Shown: positions 12,290-25,257, counted from the first letter of the stretch. The stretch is 64,000 nucleotides of DNA from Podarcis muralis (GCF_964188315.1 NC_135671.1:5270001-5334000); one strand, 5' to 3'. Numbers and translations: made by a program. Notes: generated by a model from the letters alone, not told the origin.

Positions 12290-13085
12290 GAATTATCTCT
12301 GGAATAGAGATAATGTGTAACAAAAGTACTTGGAATCCTCTTCTCAAGTCTCCTACATCCTAAATTAAAGATCGCCACCTCACATACTGTTATATTCATT
12401 TTATTGACTTAGGGAAGAGATAAACTACTTGCTGACTTGGTGTGAGAAATTGAGCAGATTTAATGGCTGATATAATCAACTGCTGGGGTTTTGTAACATC
12501 GCAATTTTAAAGTAAAGCTCTAATTGCTGGGAAGATGTCTTTCTGACTCTATATAAAAACGTTCACCTGAATTGGCTCTGGTGGAATTACACTGGGCAGT
12601 AGCAAAGCCTTATCTCCAAGCATGAACTACTGCCAAACCCATGCAGAGAGTGTGTGTGGCAATTTCAAATGGGAAAATGATCAGAAGACATACTGCCCCA
12701 GCTTCTGTTGCTCCCGGCTACATGATTACTATTGTATCTCAAAGGGCTACATAAGCCATTGTTTAGTGTTATGGGGGGAAACAATAAGATTCATAGGACT
12801 ACAACACTCCCTTCGTCCCTTGTCCCCACCCCATGCCAATATTAAATACTTGTTATTCCAGTTTGTGGCACACCAGTTTTGCCATTTCACCCAAATCTTG
12901 CAAACTAGGGTTACAAATTATGTTGAAATTATATTTTGAAATTCTTGTTTGAATAAAGTGGCAGAACTGTGTCTGGTTGCAAACTTGGAACAGAAATTGC
13001 TACTCTTGGTGAGTGTAGTAGGAGGAGAGATTATGAGCCTGAGCTCATTCATGCTTGTTTGTTTCTACTTAACCACAGTTTGGTA

Positions 13086-13335
13086 CAGTCATACCTTGGA
13101 AGTCGAATGGAATCCATTCTGGAAGTCCGTTCAACTTCCAGAATGTTTGGAAACCAAAGTGAGGCTTCTGATTGGCTGCAGGATGCTCCTGCAGCCAATC
13201 GGAAGCCGTGGAAGCCCCACTGGACATTTGGCTTCCAAAAATAGTTCACAAACTGGAATAGTCACTTCTGGGTTTGCGGCGTTCGGGAGCCAAAACATCC
13301 AAGTACCAAGGTGTTTGGGATCCAACGTACAACTG
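13086..13335. mobile_element. Tigger-type MITE
   Basis: ta|CAGTCATACCTTGG ... CCAACGTACAACTG; internal hairpin ttctgattggctgcagga/tcctgcagccaatcggaa; reverse-oriented homologue at 63095. Confidence 0.85.
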
Positions 13336-13373
13336 CTTTAACACCTGAAAAACATTGTAGTAGCAATAACATT

Positions 13374-13738
13374 GGGACGCGGGTGGCGCTGTGGGTAAAA
13401 GCCTCAGCGCCTAGGGCTTGCCGATCGAAAGGTCGGCGGTTCGAATCCCCGCGGCGGGGTGCGCTCCCGCTGCTCGGTCCCAGCGCCTGCCAACCTAGCA
13501 GTTCGAAAGCACCCCCGGGTGCAAGTAGATAAATAGGGACCGCTTACTAGCGGGAAGGTAAACGGCGTTTTCGTGTGCTGCGCTGGCTCGCCAGATGCAG
13601 CTTTGTCACGCTGGCCACGTGACCTGGAAGTGTCTCCGGACAGCGCTGGCCCCCAGCCTCTTGAGTGAGATGGGCGCACAACCCCAGAGTCTGTCAAGAC
13701 TGGCCCGTACGGGCAGGGGTACCTTTACCTTTTTACCT
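13374..13738 (+). mobile_element. Sauria SINE, subfamily B, young
   Basis: CpGs intact; perfect 13-bp TSD tagcaataacatt (13361-13373, 13739-13751); near-identical to the copy at 21212. Confidence 0.95.
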
Positions 13739-14059
13739 TAGCAATAACATTCCCTATGGTTAGCTTTAAGCCAGAGTTTGATGCTGGCTTTGAAATATAC
13801 TTTAGGGACATATATTCTATCCTACAACAAAGAAAAGGGAACAAAACCAAAAACAATTTAAAAGCTGTGTTTTTAAAAGAGCAGCATAAAAGTATTCAGC
13901 AGAAATTAGATTGAAAAGCCTAATTATTATTTAAAAAAAAAAAAAGATGCTGAAACTCCATCAGAGTATGAATTGGGTGAGTCTCCCTGGTAAGAGCATG
14001 CATGCCACAGTCAGAGTGCCACCACAGAGAAGGTCCTTCCCATGGTAGCCACTCACAGG

Positions 14060-14225
14060 CAGTGGCGTAGCGTGGGTTGTCAGCACCCGGGGCAAGGCAA
14101 GTAATTTGCGCCCCCTAACCCGTGGATTTTAGTAGGGGCAGAGAGCTGCGAGTGCGAGCGAGCGCCCCCCAGATGTTGCGCCCGGTGGGGCCGGCACCCC
14201 CTGCACCCCCCACGCTACGCCACTG
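14060..14225. mobile_element. hAT MITE, 166 bp
   Basis: Perfect 17-bp TIRs CAGTGGCGTAGCGTGGG; perfect 8-bp TSD ctcacagg. Confidence 0.93.
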
Positions 14226-16334
14226 CTCACAGGCTAGCAGGAACACCCAAAAAAAGGTATTCTGAGGAATATCTTGATGTAAAGGCAAGCACACTGCAAA
14301 CTGACCTTCAAAGCTTGGTTAGAGGTAATTGTGATTGTACAAGGCCACCCCTGCCTTAAAGCAAAGCATGCTGTGTGCTAGGGAATAGTTTGCCATTCTG
14401 TCACTGAAGTCAGACTGTTGTTATCTTAATCTGCAGCTCCTTGAGTGAAGTGTATTTTAGGAAGCGAAAATAGGAGAGGAGGTGTTTCAGTCTGGCAGGG
14501 GCACTTCTTTCTATAGTTCGTTCTAGTTTGCAGAACTCTCAGGATGAAGGCCTATACATATTTATCTGAGAGATAAGGCTCTTTGAGCTTCTGTAATCAT
14601 GCATAGGATTGGCGCAATAAGCACATATGATGATTCATTCATTTTGTAAAAGCACCGTGTGGTGTATTCAATGCTTCTAGAGCATCCCCAAATCTTGCAT
14701 ATGAATAATGCTGAAACAGGAACGTTAACCGTATCTGCCTTAAAAAATACATTTGCAAATTCATTATATTACAGAACGTTTACCCACCTAATCTGAGTCT
14801 GAAGTAACATGGACAATGTACCAGAATTTTTACTGGCGTGGTGTCGAGCCTGAGGGAAAATATATTTGTCAGGAAAGTTTTGCATTTATACATACAATCA
14901 GCATTTTGCACTTTAGTCATAATTTGAAAAGACGTAAAATTCACACAGGGTGTACTGCATAATACCTCCTCCCTGTGGATCACAAATACCTCCCCCCCCC
15001 CCGATTTAAAGCAGGGACAATAGCATGGAGGAAAGGGTTAATAAGACCCCCCCCCCTTCCACTCAAATTATCAAACAACCACCTCTTTCTCTTGGCTGCA
15101 TCTACATCATAAAAAGCAATAGCAGGTTGCCAGATCAATAGCAGATCTTCTGCAAAATGCATAGCTTAACTGTCATTTGTGCAAATTATTCAAGTATGGT
15201 CTTTGTTAGGCAAACATGCGCCTCTGGGCAAAACACTGCTAATGCCTTGCATAAATGCATAACACTTTTGTGAATGGTGATTGCAAAAAATATGCCAACT
15301 CCCTATGTTTTATAGAGAAATTAGCAAGAAAAATATACGTATCTCAACAGTTATCCATGTCCTGCACTCACAGAAAGGATTCATGTGAGTCTGTTGCTCC
15401 AAATGTAGCATGCAAAGAGAGTGTAACATTATTCACATGGGAAATGCTCCTCTGTAAGCGACAACAGTGTGTTTAACTGCTGTTTAGGTACCTGGAATTT
15501 AAATTCACTGGCTGACCTTTTGACCATGTGTAAATTGCACCATTTATCCATTTGCCCTTGTGCACTGAATTAATATTTAACAAGAACTGTTGCTTTCTAA
15601 AACCTAAAGAGATAACCAAGCTATATTAAGCACCTTATCGTAGGCTCTCCCTTTTCTCTTGAAATATACCTATTACATATAGACAATAAGGAAATAAACA
15701 CCCTAATTTTATTATCAATGTCTACAGGACAGCTCCAAAGTGTATTCTGAAATAAGGCTATCACCACAAAGCATTATGCTTCCTGTCCCATATGGCACCA
15801 GTCCTTTTCCCAGTCCCATCTTGCCAGTTCATACTCTTTCTCTTCTTGACCTTTTAGTAAACCCCTGGAGGAATTTTATTTATTTTCTCCGGAAAATGAA
15901 TTCCCTACGTACAGGTAGACAAATTACGATCACTAGGAACATCTATAGTCACTGACTGCCCAACCTTATGCAAGTTCTTTCAATAGTAAATCCAACCAAG
16001 GCAGCAACCCTTTACATCTTTACTCGCAGAACTGCCTGAATACTTTTTATTTATTTATTTCGAGCCTCTCTGGCTTTCCAGCTTGCTGCCTCATTTCTCT
16101 GTCACATCACTCTCCCTCATATCTATCGCTAAACAGTGTTAGAAACTGAGATATGAAAGCTTAGGAGCTAAATGGCACCTTAAACCTAGGTTATGGGCGC
16201 AACAATGGAATGTCTAGGCACACTTTTTTATAAGAGTACAAAGCGGAAAATGCAGGAACTGCAGCTAAAATATTATGTTCATTTCTCACATGGTCTAGTC
16301 CTTCCCCTGCCCTCTCCCCCAATATTCTTAAGAG

Positions 16335-16584
16335 CAGGTTTAGGCAACCTAAGGCCCAGGGGCCAGATCCACCCAATCGCCTTCTCAATCCGGCCCGTGG
16401 ACAGTCTGGGAATCAGCGTGTTTTTACATGAGTAGAATGTGTCCTTTTATTTAAAATGCATCTCTGGGTTATTTGTGGGTCATAGAAATTGGTTCTCTTT
16501 TCTTCTTCAAAATATAGTCTGGCCCACCACATGGTCTGAGGGATGGTTGAGCGGCCCACAGCTGAAAGAGGTTGTTGACTCCTG
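16335..16584. mobile_element. hAT-Charlie-type MITE (family also at 36714 and 54450)
   Basis: CAGG..AGGCAACCT ... AGGTTG.TGAC.CCTG ends; perfect TSD cttaagag. Confidence 0.92.
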
Positions 16585-17452
16585 CTTAAGAGGGTCTCTT
16601 CTCCAGTCTTCAGAGAGTAGCTGGAAGTCGGGAGGCAGAAAAAGGTCCTTTCTTTCCACTCTGTAGTTTTAATCTGAAATCTGAGGCCCAGAGCTCAGAA
16701 ACTGCTCACACTAATGAAATTCCGTTGCAAAATGTGCAAAGAATAATGGGAGTTTCCGAACACTGACATTAAACTCTGGCTTTATCTGTTTGTTGAGGGA
16801 GGGCCCCCCACCCATTTCTCATCTTGCACCAAACCCCTTGATCTTTTCTTCTCTTAATGGCCTGTCACCCAAGCATTCACAGGAAGCTAGTCTGGTTTAA
16901 CTATCTTTTAACACTTGCTGGATCCAGGGATTATAGGGGTCTGGCACCCACAAACTCATAACACTATGTTGGGTTTTTGTAAGTGACATTGAGTTGCCCT
17001 CGCAAGGAAAAGTGACTAATAAATATAACAAATAATAATAATCAGGGGTGTTTTTTGAGCAGGAAATCGGAGGAATGGAGTTTCCTTACCTTTTTAAATA
17101 TATTTTTTTTGGTTGGGGTGGGGTGGGGTGCTGGAACCAATATATACCCATTGCCTGAGCCAAAAATCCACCCATAACTGTAATCAATAAAGTTGTGGTC
17201 GTTTCTAACCCAGACCATCGTCTGCTTGAGTTTATTAACCACAGCTTACTTTTCAAGGGTGCCAACTAGTCCAAAGAAATTAAGGGGGGCAGGTGGACAG
17301 TAAGCTCCACCCTGCATAATCGATCACATGATGGGGTGCGCACACACTACAGTATTTGAATGGCAATGCCCATCAACTTTGTGGGGTTCAGGCCCCTCAA
17401 ATATTTTGTGAGGGGCGCAGAGACGCCATGGACCCTAGGAGTTGACTCCTAG

Positions 17453-18431
17453 CATAGCTGTCAACCGTCCCTTATTTGGTGGGAAACTCCCTTATCCCAG
17501 CGCCGTTTCCTGCTGCTGTCCCAGATTGATGATGCCCCTTAAATTTCCCGGGTTTCATGCTCGCCCGGCTGGGGAGGGAAGCAGCGGATCGGGGTCCGCC
17601 ATGAGAGAGCGAGAGAGAACGCGTGCATGAGCTGCCGCTTCTCCGTCTCTCCCTTTTCCCCCTCAGGGGCGCGTCGTGAGGAGACGGGTGGTGGCGGGTG
17701 GGCAGGCAGCCCCTCTCTTGCGAGACTTCCGCCGCGCTGCCAGGGGAAGCCGGAGGCGGCAGCGGCTGAGGAGGCAGCCTGAGGGAGGAGGAAGAGGAGG
17801 GGATGGGGAGGGATGCAGAAGGGCGGCGCTTCAGCGTCCGCGGCGGCAGCGCAACCGCCTCATGCCGGGCTGGCGGGCGGCATGGGCGAGAGTCTCTCTC
17901 CCTCCCTCTCTCGGGCGGGGAAGGGCCGATGGAACTCCTCGCTCCAAGATGACGGCAGCCCCAACGTGCTGCTTAGCATCCCCTCCAGCCAGTGCAGCAT
18001 CTTAATGTAGTGATTTCCCTCTCTACACCCCTTTCATAACTCATATTTTTATAAATCATTTGTCCATCCATAGTTCAAATTTTTACAAGTTTTCTTGTAA
18101 AATGTATCTAACTCTTTACAATAGCTTTTCCAATAAATTCTAAACTTCCCCCATTCTTTATGAAAGAGGTCCTCTTCCTGGTTTCTAATTCTGCCTGGAA
18201 GCTTTGCCATCTCAGTTTTGTCTGCCCCTCTTCTTTGGTGGGAGTTGTAGACCCTTAGGATCATCTAGTCCAACCCCCTGCAAAACAGAGTCAGTGGCAG
18301 CCAAAGCAGCATGGCTCCATCACTGCCGGATTTCTGTATAAACTAAGCCAAAATCCCTTATTTTGGCTGCTGATCCCTTATTTTCGAGGTTGCTGGTCCC
18401 TTATTTTCAAATCTATAAGTTGACAGCTATG
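17453..18431. mobile_element. TIR-bounded ~980-bp non-autonomous DNA element with a CpG-rich core
   Basis: Perfect 13-bp TIRs CATAGCTGTCAAC / GTTGACAGCTATG; repeated subterminal CCCTTAT motifs at both ends; degenerate flanking duplication actcctag / gctccttag. Confidence 0.75.
18242..18283 (-). mobile_element. CR1-type/tRNA-SINE 3' tail fragment
   Basis: Reverse complement reads ttgcagggggttggactagatgatcctaagggtctacaactc. Confidence 0.6.
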
Positions 18432-19450
18432 GCTCCTTAGCCACTGCCGGGGTGTGTTTGTGTGGCACTGCGACTGGACCCATAATAAACAAACAAGCAA
18501 ATTTGGTGAATTCCCCCACATTTCTTTCCAGAAAAACAACAACGCTGATAATAATGAACGACGTCAACAATACTAATAACACCCCTTCGTTCCCCACCCC
18601 GCGCCTCAGGCAAGTCTTTTCTGGGGTCGACCCAGAAAATCTTCCCGCCAATTCCATCCTCTCTCTCTCTCTCTCTGCAAGAAGGCGGCGGCTGCCATGG
18701 GCGAGCAGAAGCCGCCTCCGAGGCTGAGGGCGAAAGCGCCTCCTCCCCGGACTGCGGCCGTGCAGGTGCTGCCAGGGAGCCCTTAACGGCGAGCCGGGCC
18801 GCGGCCACGCAGGCGCCTCGCTCCCAGCGACGCGGCAGCCCCTCCATCCCCACAGCAACGGCGCGCCCATTTTGTTTCGGAAATCGCCTCGCCGGCGGCC
18901 CCCCCAGGCGCCTCCGCGGCAGAAGCTGCCCCGTTAGGCCGCGTGAGGCGGAGCCCGGGCCCGGGGCGGGGGCGCGAAGCGGAAAAACTGAGGTAAATAT
19001 TTCCCCTCACGGATTTTCCCTTCGAGCGGGGAGGCGGCGGCGGCGGCGAAGGGGTTGGGAGGCCGCGGAGGCGGGAAGGGCCGGGGCCATCGCCCTCCCT
19101 CGCCGCCAAGGAGCAGAGAGACGCGTCCTCGGCCAAACGGGCATTTGCCTTTTTTTGAGGGGGGGACTGCTCTTCTATTTGGGGAGAAGGTGCCATGCCT
19201 GCCTTTCCAAAAAAAAAGAGAGACTTTGCTGCAGCTCCCTCCCCATGATGCGCCCGAAAAAAGCACCCAGATAAGGGGGGAAAACCCCACTTGTTTTCCG
19301 TCTATATAATTTGGTTTCCATTCTGAAGGGGAGCGTGGAGAGTAGCGGGTAAATCGTGGCCGCAGGGATCGCTGCCCTCACATGGCAAGTGGAGGAGGCT
19401 CTCCATCTCCTCCTCCCCTTCCTGCTGCTTGCGGGTTTTAACATTGAGTC
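18432..19450 (+). promoter_or_regulatory. GNE: CpG island, proximal GNE promoter with probable non-coding exon 1 ending at 18992
   Basis: Very high CpG/GC content; GC box GGGGCGGGG at 18963-18971; donor GAG|GTAAAT at 18992/18993; no ATG in frame with exon 2. Alternative donors at about 19351 and 19587. Confidence 0.7.
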
Positions 19451-21211
19451 TGCAAAAGCCTGGCTGAAGCAGGATGTTAGTTAACAGATAGCAACCTTAA
19501 AAAAAAAAAAGATGGTGGTGGTGATAATCATCATCTCGCAATGGGTGCAGTGGTGGCTGCTAGAAAGGAGATGCTCTGTGGCAGTTGGTGAGTTGGCATT
19601 TGGGGCCCACCGTGTGCCAGAGGCAAGATGTTATCGCTCAGAGAGGCAGCTTCGAAGAAAGAAGGCTGAAATCTAAAGGATTTTCTATTTTGTTTTATAT
19701 CCTAGTAAATGCTCTGAAAGGCATTCCCCCAAATGGCAAGACAGGGCTACAGTGGGGGTTTTTTAAAAATAAAAATAAAATCAGGGATATGTACCAGAAA
19801 AGTGGATTTGTTGCTGGGTAAAATAGGGACAATTCAAACATATGTATGTATGTATAAATAATAAATAAACTGCCCTATACCTGCAGGTCTCAGGGTGGTT
19901 CACAAGATAAATATATTTTGATAATGGCTATCAATCACTATAGACAGATCGGTCCCATTTTGTTTGCCTTGAAAGCCACAGGATTAATATTGCAATAGCA
20001 CCAGTTCAGCTTCAGAATATTGCCATGGCCCTAACATCGTTTAATATTAAATTACTGCATTATTTTTAAGTGTTACAGCAGAGGTGGGGAACCTCTGGCC
20101 TGTGGGCCAGTCTTGATCTGCCAAGAGTTCCAGTTTGGTCCATGAAGCCATTGTTCAAAATCATGCCGAACTGTCAATCAGCTGACACCACTCCAATCGG
20201 TGGGTGACATCAGCTGATGGGTAGGGGTTTGGGGTTTGATTCTGAATTGGCTGCATATGCCAGTTACCTATGGATTTAACACCTATGGATATAAGTAGCA
20301 GGATTTAATGCCTGCTCATCAGCTGGCGGTTTTAAGTGGGATGTGTAGCCTGACTGGGCATGCTGCTGAAATCATGGGCACTTTGCTTCTTCTCTACAGT
20401 GACCTAAGCTATGGGCTGGCTGAACATTATATTCAAGCCCAAATTCATGGTTTGTTTTTCCAGAATGAACTACCTTTAAACCATAGTTTAGTTTAATTAT
20501 GGTTCACACATCTCTTTAAACCATAGTTTAGTTTAATTATGGTTTAAAGAGATATGTGAACCAGGCCATTATCTTACTCCCTGCAAATGTTCTGCTTGTA
20601 TGTTTATTGGTTACTAGTGATATTATTATATTGTTCTATTGAATTAGGCTAACATTATAATGTATATCACAGAGAGGCTGCAGCATTAGTTTAGGTTAAC
20701 ATATGCAAAAAAATAATATTAATCTCCAGTGGGTAGAATAGCTGTCTATAAATATAAATGAGGTTTGCATTCTGCAAGCATAGGCCTATTTTTCTGGCTG
20801 CTTTTGCAAGTGTTCTCCAAATCTAATTGTTTTTTCTCTAGTCCTAATTAATGGACCTAGCTGCATTGAATTGCTTTTTTTAGCTGCAAGGGTGCTATAA
20901 CCTTGAAATGTTATAGCATCTTAGATTGTTTGTGTTGAAATAAAAGTTGAGGGATGTGCATTTTGCCAGGTGTATTTCCTAACTCCATCCCCTTAGGGTG
21001 TTTTAGCTATTAGGTCCTTTATCAAACCAGTCCCCCACTCTTTAAAAAAAAGTAATGATTAACTTGGAGAAGAATGGGTTTGTTTTTTTGTTTGTCTGTT
21101 TGTTTGTTTGTTTGTTTGCTTTAATCACAACTAATATGTTTATGCATATCTGGATTTGTAATCTTCTTTTCCCCTTGTATGTGGGTGACCCTATTTTGCT
21201 ACATGGCGGGT

Positions 21212-21576
21212 GGGACGCGGGTGGCGCTGTGGGTAAAAGCCTCAGTGCCTAGGGCTTGCCGATCGAAAGGTCGGCGGTTCGAATCCCCGCGGCGGGGTGC
21301 GCTCCCGTTGCTCGGTCCCAGCGCCTGCCAACCTAGCAGTTCGAAAGCACCTTCGGGTGCAAGTAGATAAATAGGGACCGCTTTCTAGCAGGAAGGTAAA
21401 CAGCGTTTCTGTGTGCGGCTCTGGCTCGCCAGAGCAGCGATGTCACGCTGGCCACGTGACCCAGAAGTGTCTCCAGACAGCGCTGGCCCCCGGCCTCTTG
21501 AGTGAGATGGGCGCACAACCCTAGAGTCTGGCAAGACTGGCCCGTACGGGCAGGGGTACCTTTACCTTTACCTTTA
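21212..21576 (+). mobile_element. Sauria SINE, subfamily B, young
   Basis: Near-identical to the copy at 13374; (ACCTTT)n tail; no clear TSD found. Confidence 0.95.
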
Positions 21577-24500
21577 TCACCCACTATTGGAAGGGAATAT
21601 ATTATGCAGAAAACAAATAAACTACTACGTTAAACAAGGCTGTGGATCCTTACCAGAAAGCATTCACAAAAAACCTCCATAAATATGTGGCTGAGAAATC
21701 CAAGATAAGCATAACATTGGTTGGGTAAATGTTTCAACTTCTGCCTTCATTGGTAACACAAAACTGTTTAATTTCAAAAGGAACACTTGGAGTCAAGGTT
21801 CGTCAGATGCTCTGGACGGAGAGAATTCTCAGTAAAGCTTACATAAAAAGAGATATATTTGTGCTATAAAAATTTAAAATAGGATTAAAAACACAGAGAA
21901 CCCTTTATGTATTATCCTTCAAGTTGAAGCCTTCAGGCATTTCAGTTTTCAGTCTGTGTATCTGGGTGTTGTCTCTTGTTTCAGGTCTGTTAGAAATGAC
22001 TCTTTTTGGTTGGAAGGGAAGGGAGTGGATACTCTGCCAGCCGTAGGGGCAGCACATTTCTCTCCTTGTGCCCTCAACAGACTCTGAGGAGGACTTGGAC
22101 ACAGTAAAGAGGGCTTAGGGGCAAGGTGACCTTGCCACCCAGTTGCCCCTTTGCTTTTAGAAGCATATCGGACAAAAAGGGGCGGGGAAGGAGGGCAGAG
22201 GTGCTGCCTTCTCACTCAGGGCAACAGTAAATAGTCACTGCTGTGGTGCCCACCAAGTTTGCTGAGTGCCAAGGAAAAGGAGATGCATGCTAAAGTGGAG
22301 AGTTGTTCTCAAGCTGGCCGCAGCTCTTGATGGCAGCTCAGGGGTGCCAAGCAGTGGCACAATGTTTGCGACCGCCGCCCCCCCCCCCCAAGCCTATGCC
22401 CTTGGCAGGGACCAACCTAGCCAACCCCTAAGTATGCCCCTATGTGAAGAATAACTGACTGCAATGGGAGGTGGTAATAAATAAAAGTGGGTTTCTGTTG
22501 CTGATCCTGAAAACAGTTCATGAACTGGATAACTTATTATCATGGTTTAAAAGTATGTAATTTGTTTCCAGATCCCACATTGCCACAATAATGACAATGA
22601 TTTCAGCTCAGAAAAGTATACCTGTTTAATTTTCACATTCTGCTTGGTTAACAGGTAACTGTTCAGTTTTGTAGATCCTTTGCTACTGTAGTTCACATTC
22701 CTTTGCTGTTTTGGCATTTAAATTGGCCTAACCCTTTGACTGAACAGGTTCCCTTGCTCCTCCTATACTGTATGTTGCATACTGTTTGTTTCAGCTGAAA
22801 AAGTATTAAGCTTCAAAAGAGGAGTAATTTATGAGTTAAACATGACTCACTAGCCAGTGTTGAGGAAGGAGAGGTGGAGTAATTCTGATGCAAATATTAG
22901 TAAAAGCTAATGTTTAATCCTTCACTGGATGGTGTGCAAAGAGATAGAAGGTAACATTTCCTTGTTCTAAAGCTAAGAATATAAATACAAAATTATTGAG
23001 AGAGTTGTCCAAAGTAATACTTTCTACAGTAGCATTTTGTGTTTATAGAAGGTGTTGTACTAGGTATTAAATGAAGAACTTTTTCTCTCTTTTGTGACTC
23101 TGAGGGAAAGCAGTACTTTGGCCACCAATATAAAGTTGTATTACAGCCCATGACTAATGATAAATTTGTTGTGAACAAACCTGCCAGCAGCTAATTTCTT
23201 GAATTTAAACATATTTTATATGAGAAAAATAATGAATACTTAGATGTGTAACTAGACTGAGCATCTTTGACTTGTTAAAACTTTAAGGAAATGTCTGTTC
23301 TAGATTTTTGTAGCATGCCGTGTAGTTATTCTCAACTTTTGAGAGGAAAAAAATAACTGAATGACATGATGTCTAGCACGGCCACTTAATGCTATAAAAG
23401 TTGGTCAGTTAATGGCTCTGTGCCTACTAAAGCATGCAAATGTGGAGGGGGATAATTGTTTTCCATTTATCCTTGCAATTGGGCAGTAAGAAATCAGAGT
23501 TCAGTCCTGTTCTGTTCTTTTGCTTAGGTCTAGGAAGTCCTCATGGGAGAGTAAGCTAGAGAGGTTATCCAATTTAGCCTGCAGCCCTATATACACATTT
23601 ACCTTGGAGTAAGTCCCAATAGTGCTTACGTACTTCCAAGGCAAGCTAGATAAAGGTCCTGGGTAAGTCACAATAGCCTCAAAAAATTGCTTCATTTTGC
23701 AATATGTAAGCAAGGCATGTTATGAGGTGTGTTATAAAAAACAGTACAAAACAGAGTTTTGTACTATTATCAAGCAAGGGCAGAGCACAATTCATTGTCT
23801 GCTTCTTGGAAAGTACTTTGTATTTATGGGTGTGTTCAGTGAGACTACAGAAGGAAGTTGGTTGTGTACTGTATGGTTACCTTTCTACATAACAAAACAA
23901 ATGCTAAACACGTGTTTTGAAATAAGTTGGAACTGAAACTGTGAACTCTCCTTATAGCAGGAGGCCCCAGATTTAAAGAACCCTTTACAAAACAGATTAA
24001 AGTGAAATTAATGAGAGTTTCCTACTTAGGCCATCTCTCTTCCAACTCTGGATTTCTCTCTATATAAGACATGAAAACGAAAACTTTTGTTCTGTTTTGC
24101 AAAAATTTCCATCCTTGGAATCCTGTTGGCAGCATATAGACATGTGTAAAGCAGAGCAGGGCAGTTCAGAACCTGCTGGTAGGTCTCTGGGTGGTTTGCA
24201 GTAGAGCAGCAAAGGTTTCCTGCTACTTATGGTTTAACAAATATGACCCCCCCCCCCTCCACTCCTCAAATTAGGCTGTTGAATCACTGGCTGTTGAATC
24301 TGCTCCTAGAGGTGTGTCTAGCACCTTCATTATATAGCTTTTGTATAAGGCTAAAGGTGTACCTCTTTACCCTGGCTTTTGACACTTGGGGTCAATAAGG
24401 AAACAAGTCCCACCTTATTTCTATAGTTTTAAGTTGTTATAAACTGATTTTAATATTTAATTGTTGTGACCTGCCTTGGGACCTTTGGATGGGGGTGGGT

Positions 24501-25257
24501 GATTAGTGACAACAACAATAGAAGAAGATGATGATGTTTGTATGAAAGGGTCTATGTGGTACTGGTATGATTCTGGTACTGAAAACAAGTTTCTGGGCTG
24601 AGCATGTTCTCAGAGACCACATTTTCCTCAGTTCTGTGTCCTTTCTAAGACATTATTTTGTATGTGGCTCCAGATGGTGGACCTCAGGATTCTCATGACA
24701 AAGTAAACCCACATGCCTAAAGTTTTCCCGCTTCTGCTTTAAAGGAATGGTACAGAGTCTATTATGTATCAATGACCAATTGCTAAAAAATCTGCTTCAC
24801 ATATGGAACAGTTGCTTCGTTTACAGAATGAAGACATTTGTGCACCCAGGAATATGTTGCGGATAAATAGACACTTCCACGTAGTTATTTTTTCCTGTAC
24901 AGTATATGCAGTATGCTATGCTATTGCTTATGCATGCATGTAGTATTAGTTATTACAGTACAGCATCTTGGGCGTGTGGCCTTCTAGCTTACAACCTTTG
25001 CATAGTGCCTGTCTGGCAATCACAATTGTTTCCCACCCTTGCTCCAAAGAGCAGCATGCATCACCACTCCACCCCGTTCCCACTGTCACCCCAACAGCTA
25101 TTTGACATAGGTTGGGTTGAGATCGTCCCAAAATCATCTAGTGGGTTTCATGACCGAATAGTATCTGTCACCTTGCCCAGTACTCTGTTTAATACTCTAC
25201 TCTTGACTCCTAGTGTAATAATTCTTGTGCAATTGTATCTTGCTTCCTACATTTCAG

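Noticed and set aside
14690-15420. Cluster of octamer/POU-like motifs (TTTGCA, TGCAAA)
   Set aside because: Imperfect matches in AT-rich DNA; not distinguishable from background without conservation or ChIP data.
17442-19444. Many 60-150 aa ORFs on both strands in the GC-rich region
   Set aside because: Expected from low stop-codon frequency in CpG islands; low-complexity R/G/A/P peptides with no recognisable domain.
19541-19587. Coding first exon ending at the strong donor TTG|GTGAGT
   Set aside because: Nearby ATGs (19512, 19541, 19571) are out of frame with exon 2; at most an alternative non-coding exon or uORF.
21181-21584. Inverted 8-mers gtgggtga / tcacccac flanking the Sauria SINE
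   Set aside because: Too short, not adjacent to the 5' end, and LINE-type insertion makes direct rather than inverted duplications; probably chance.
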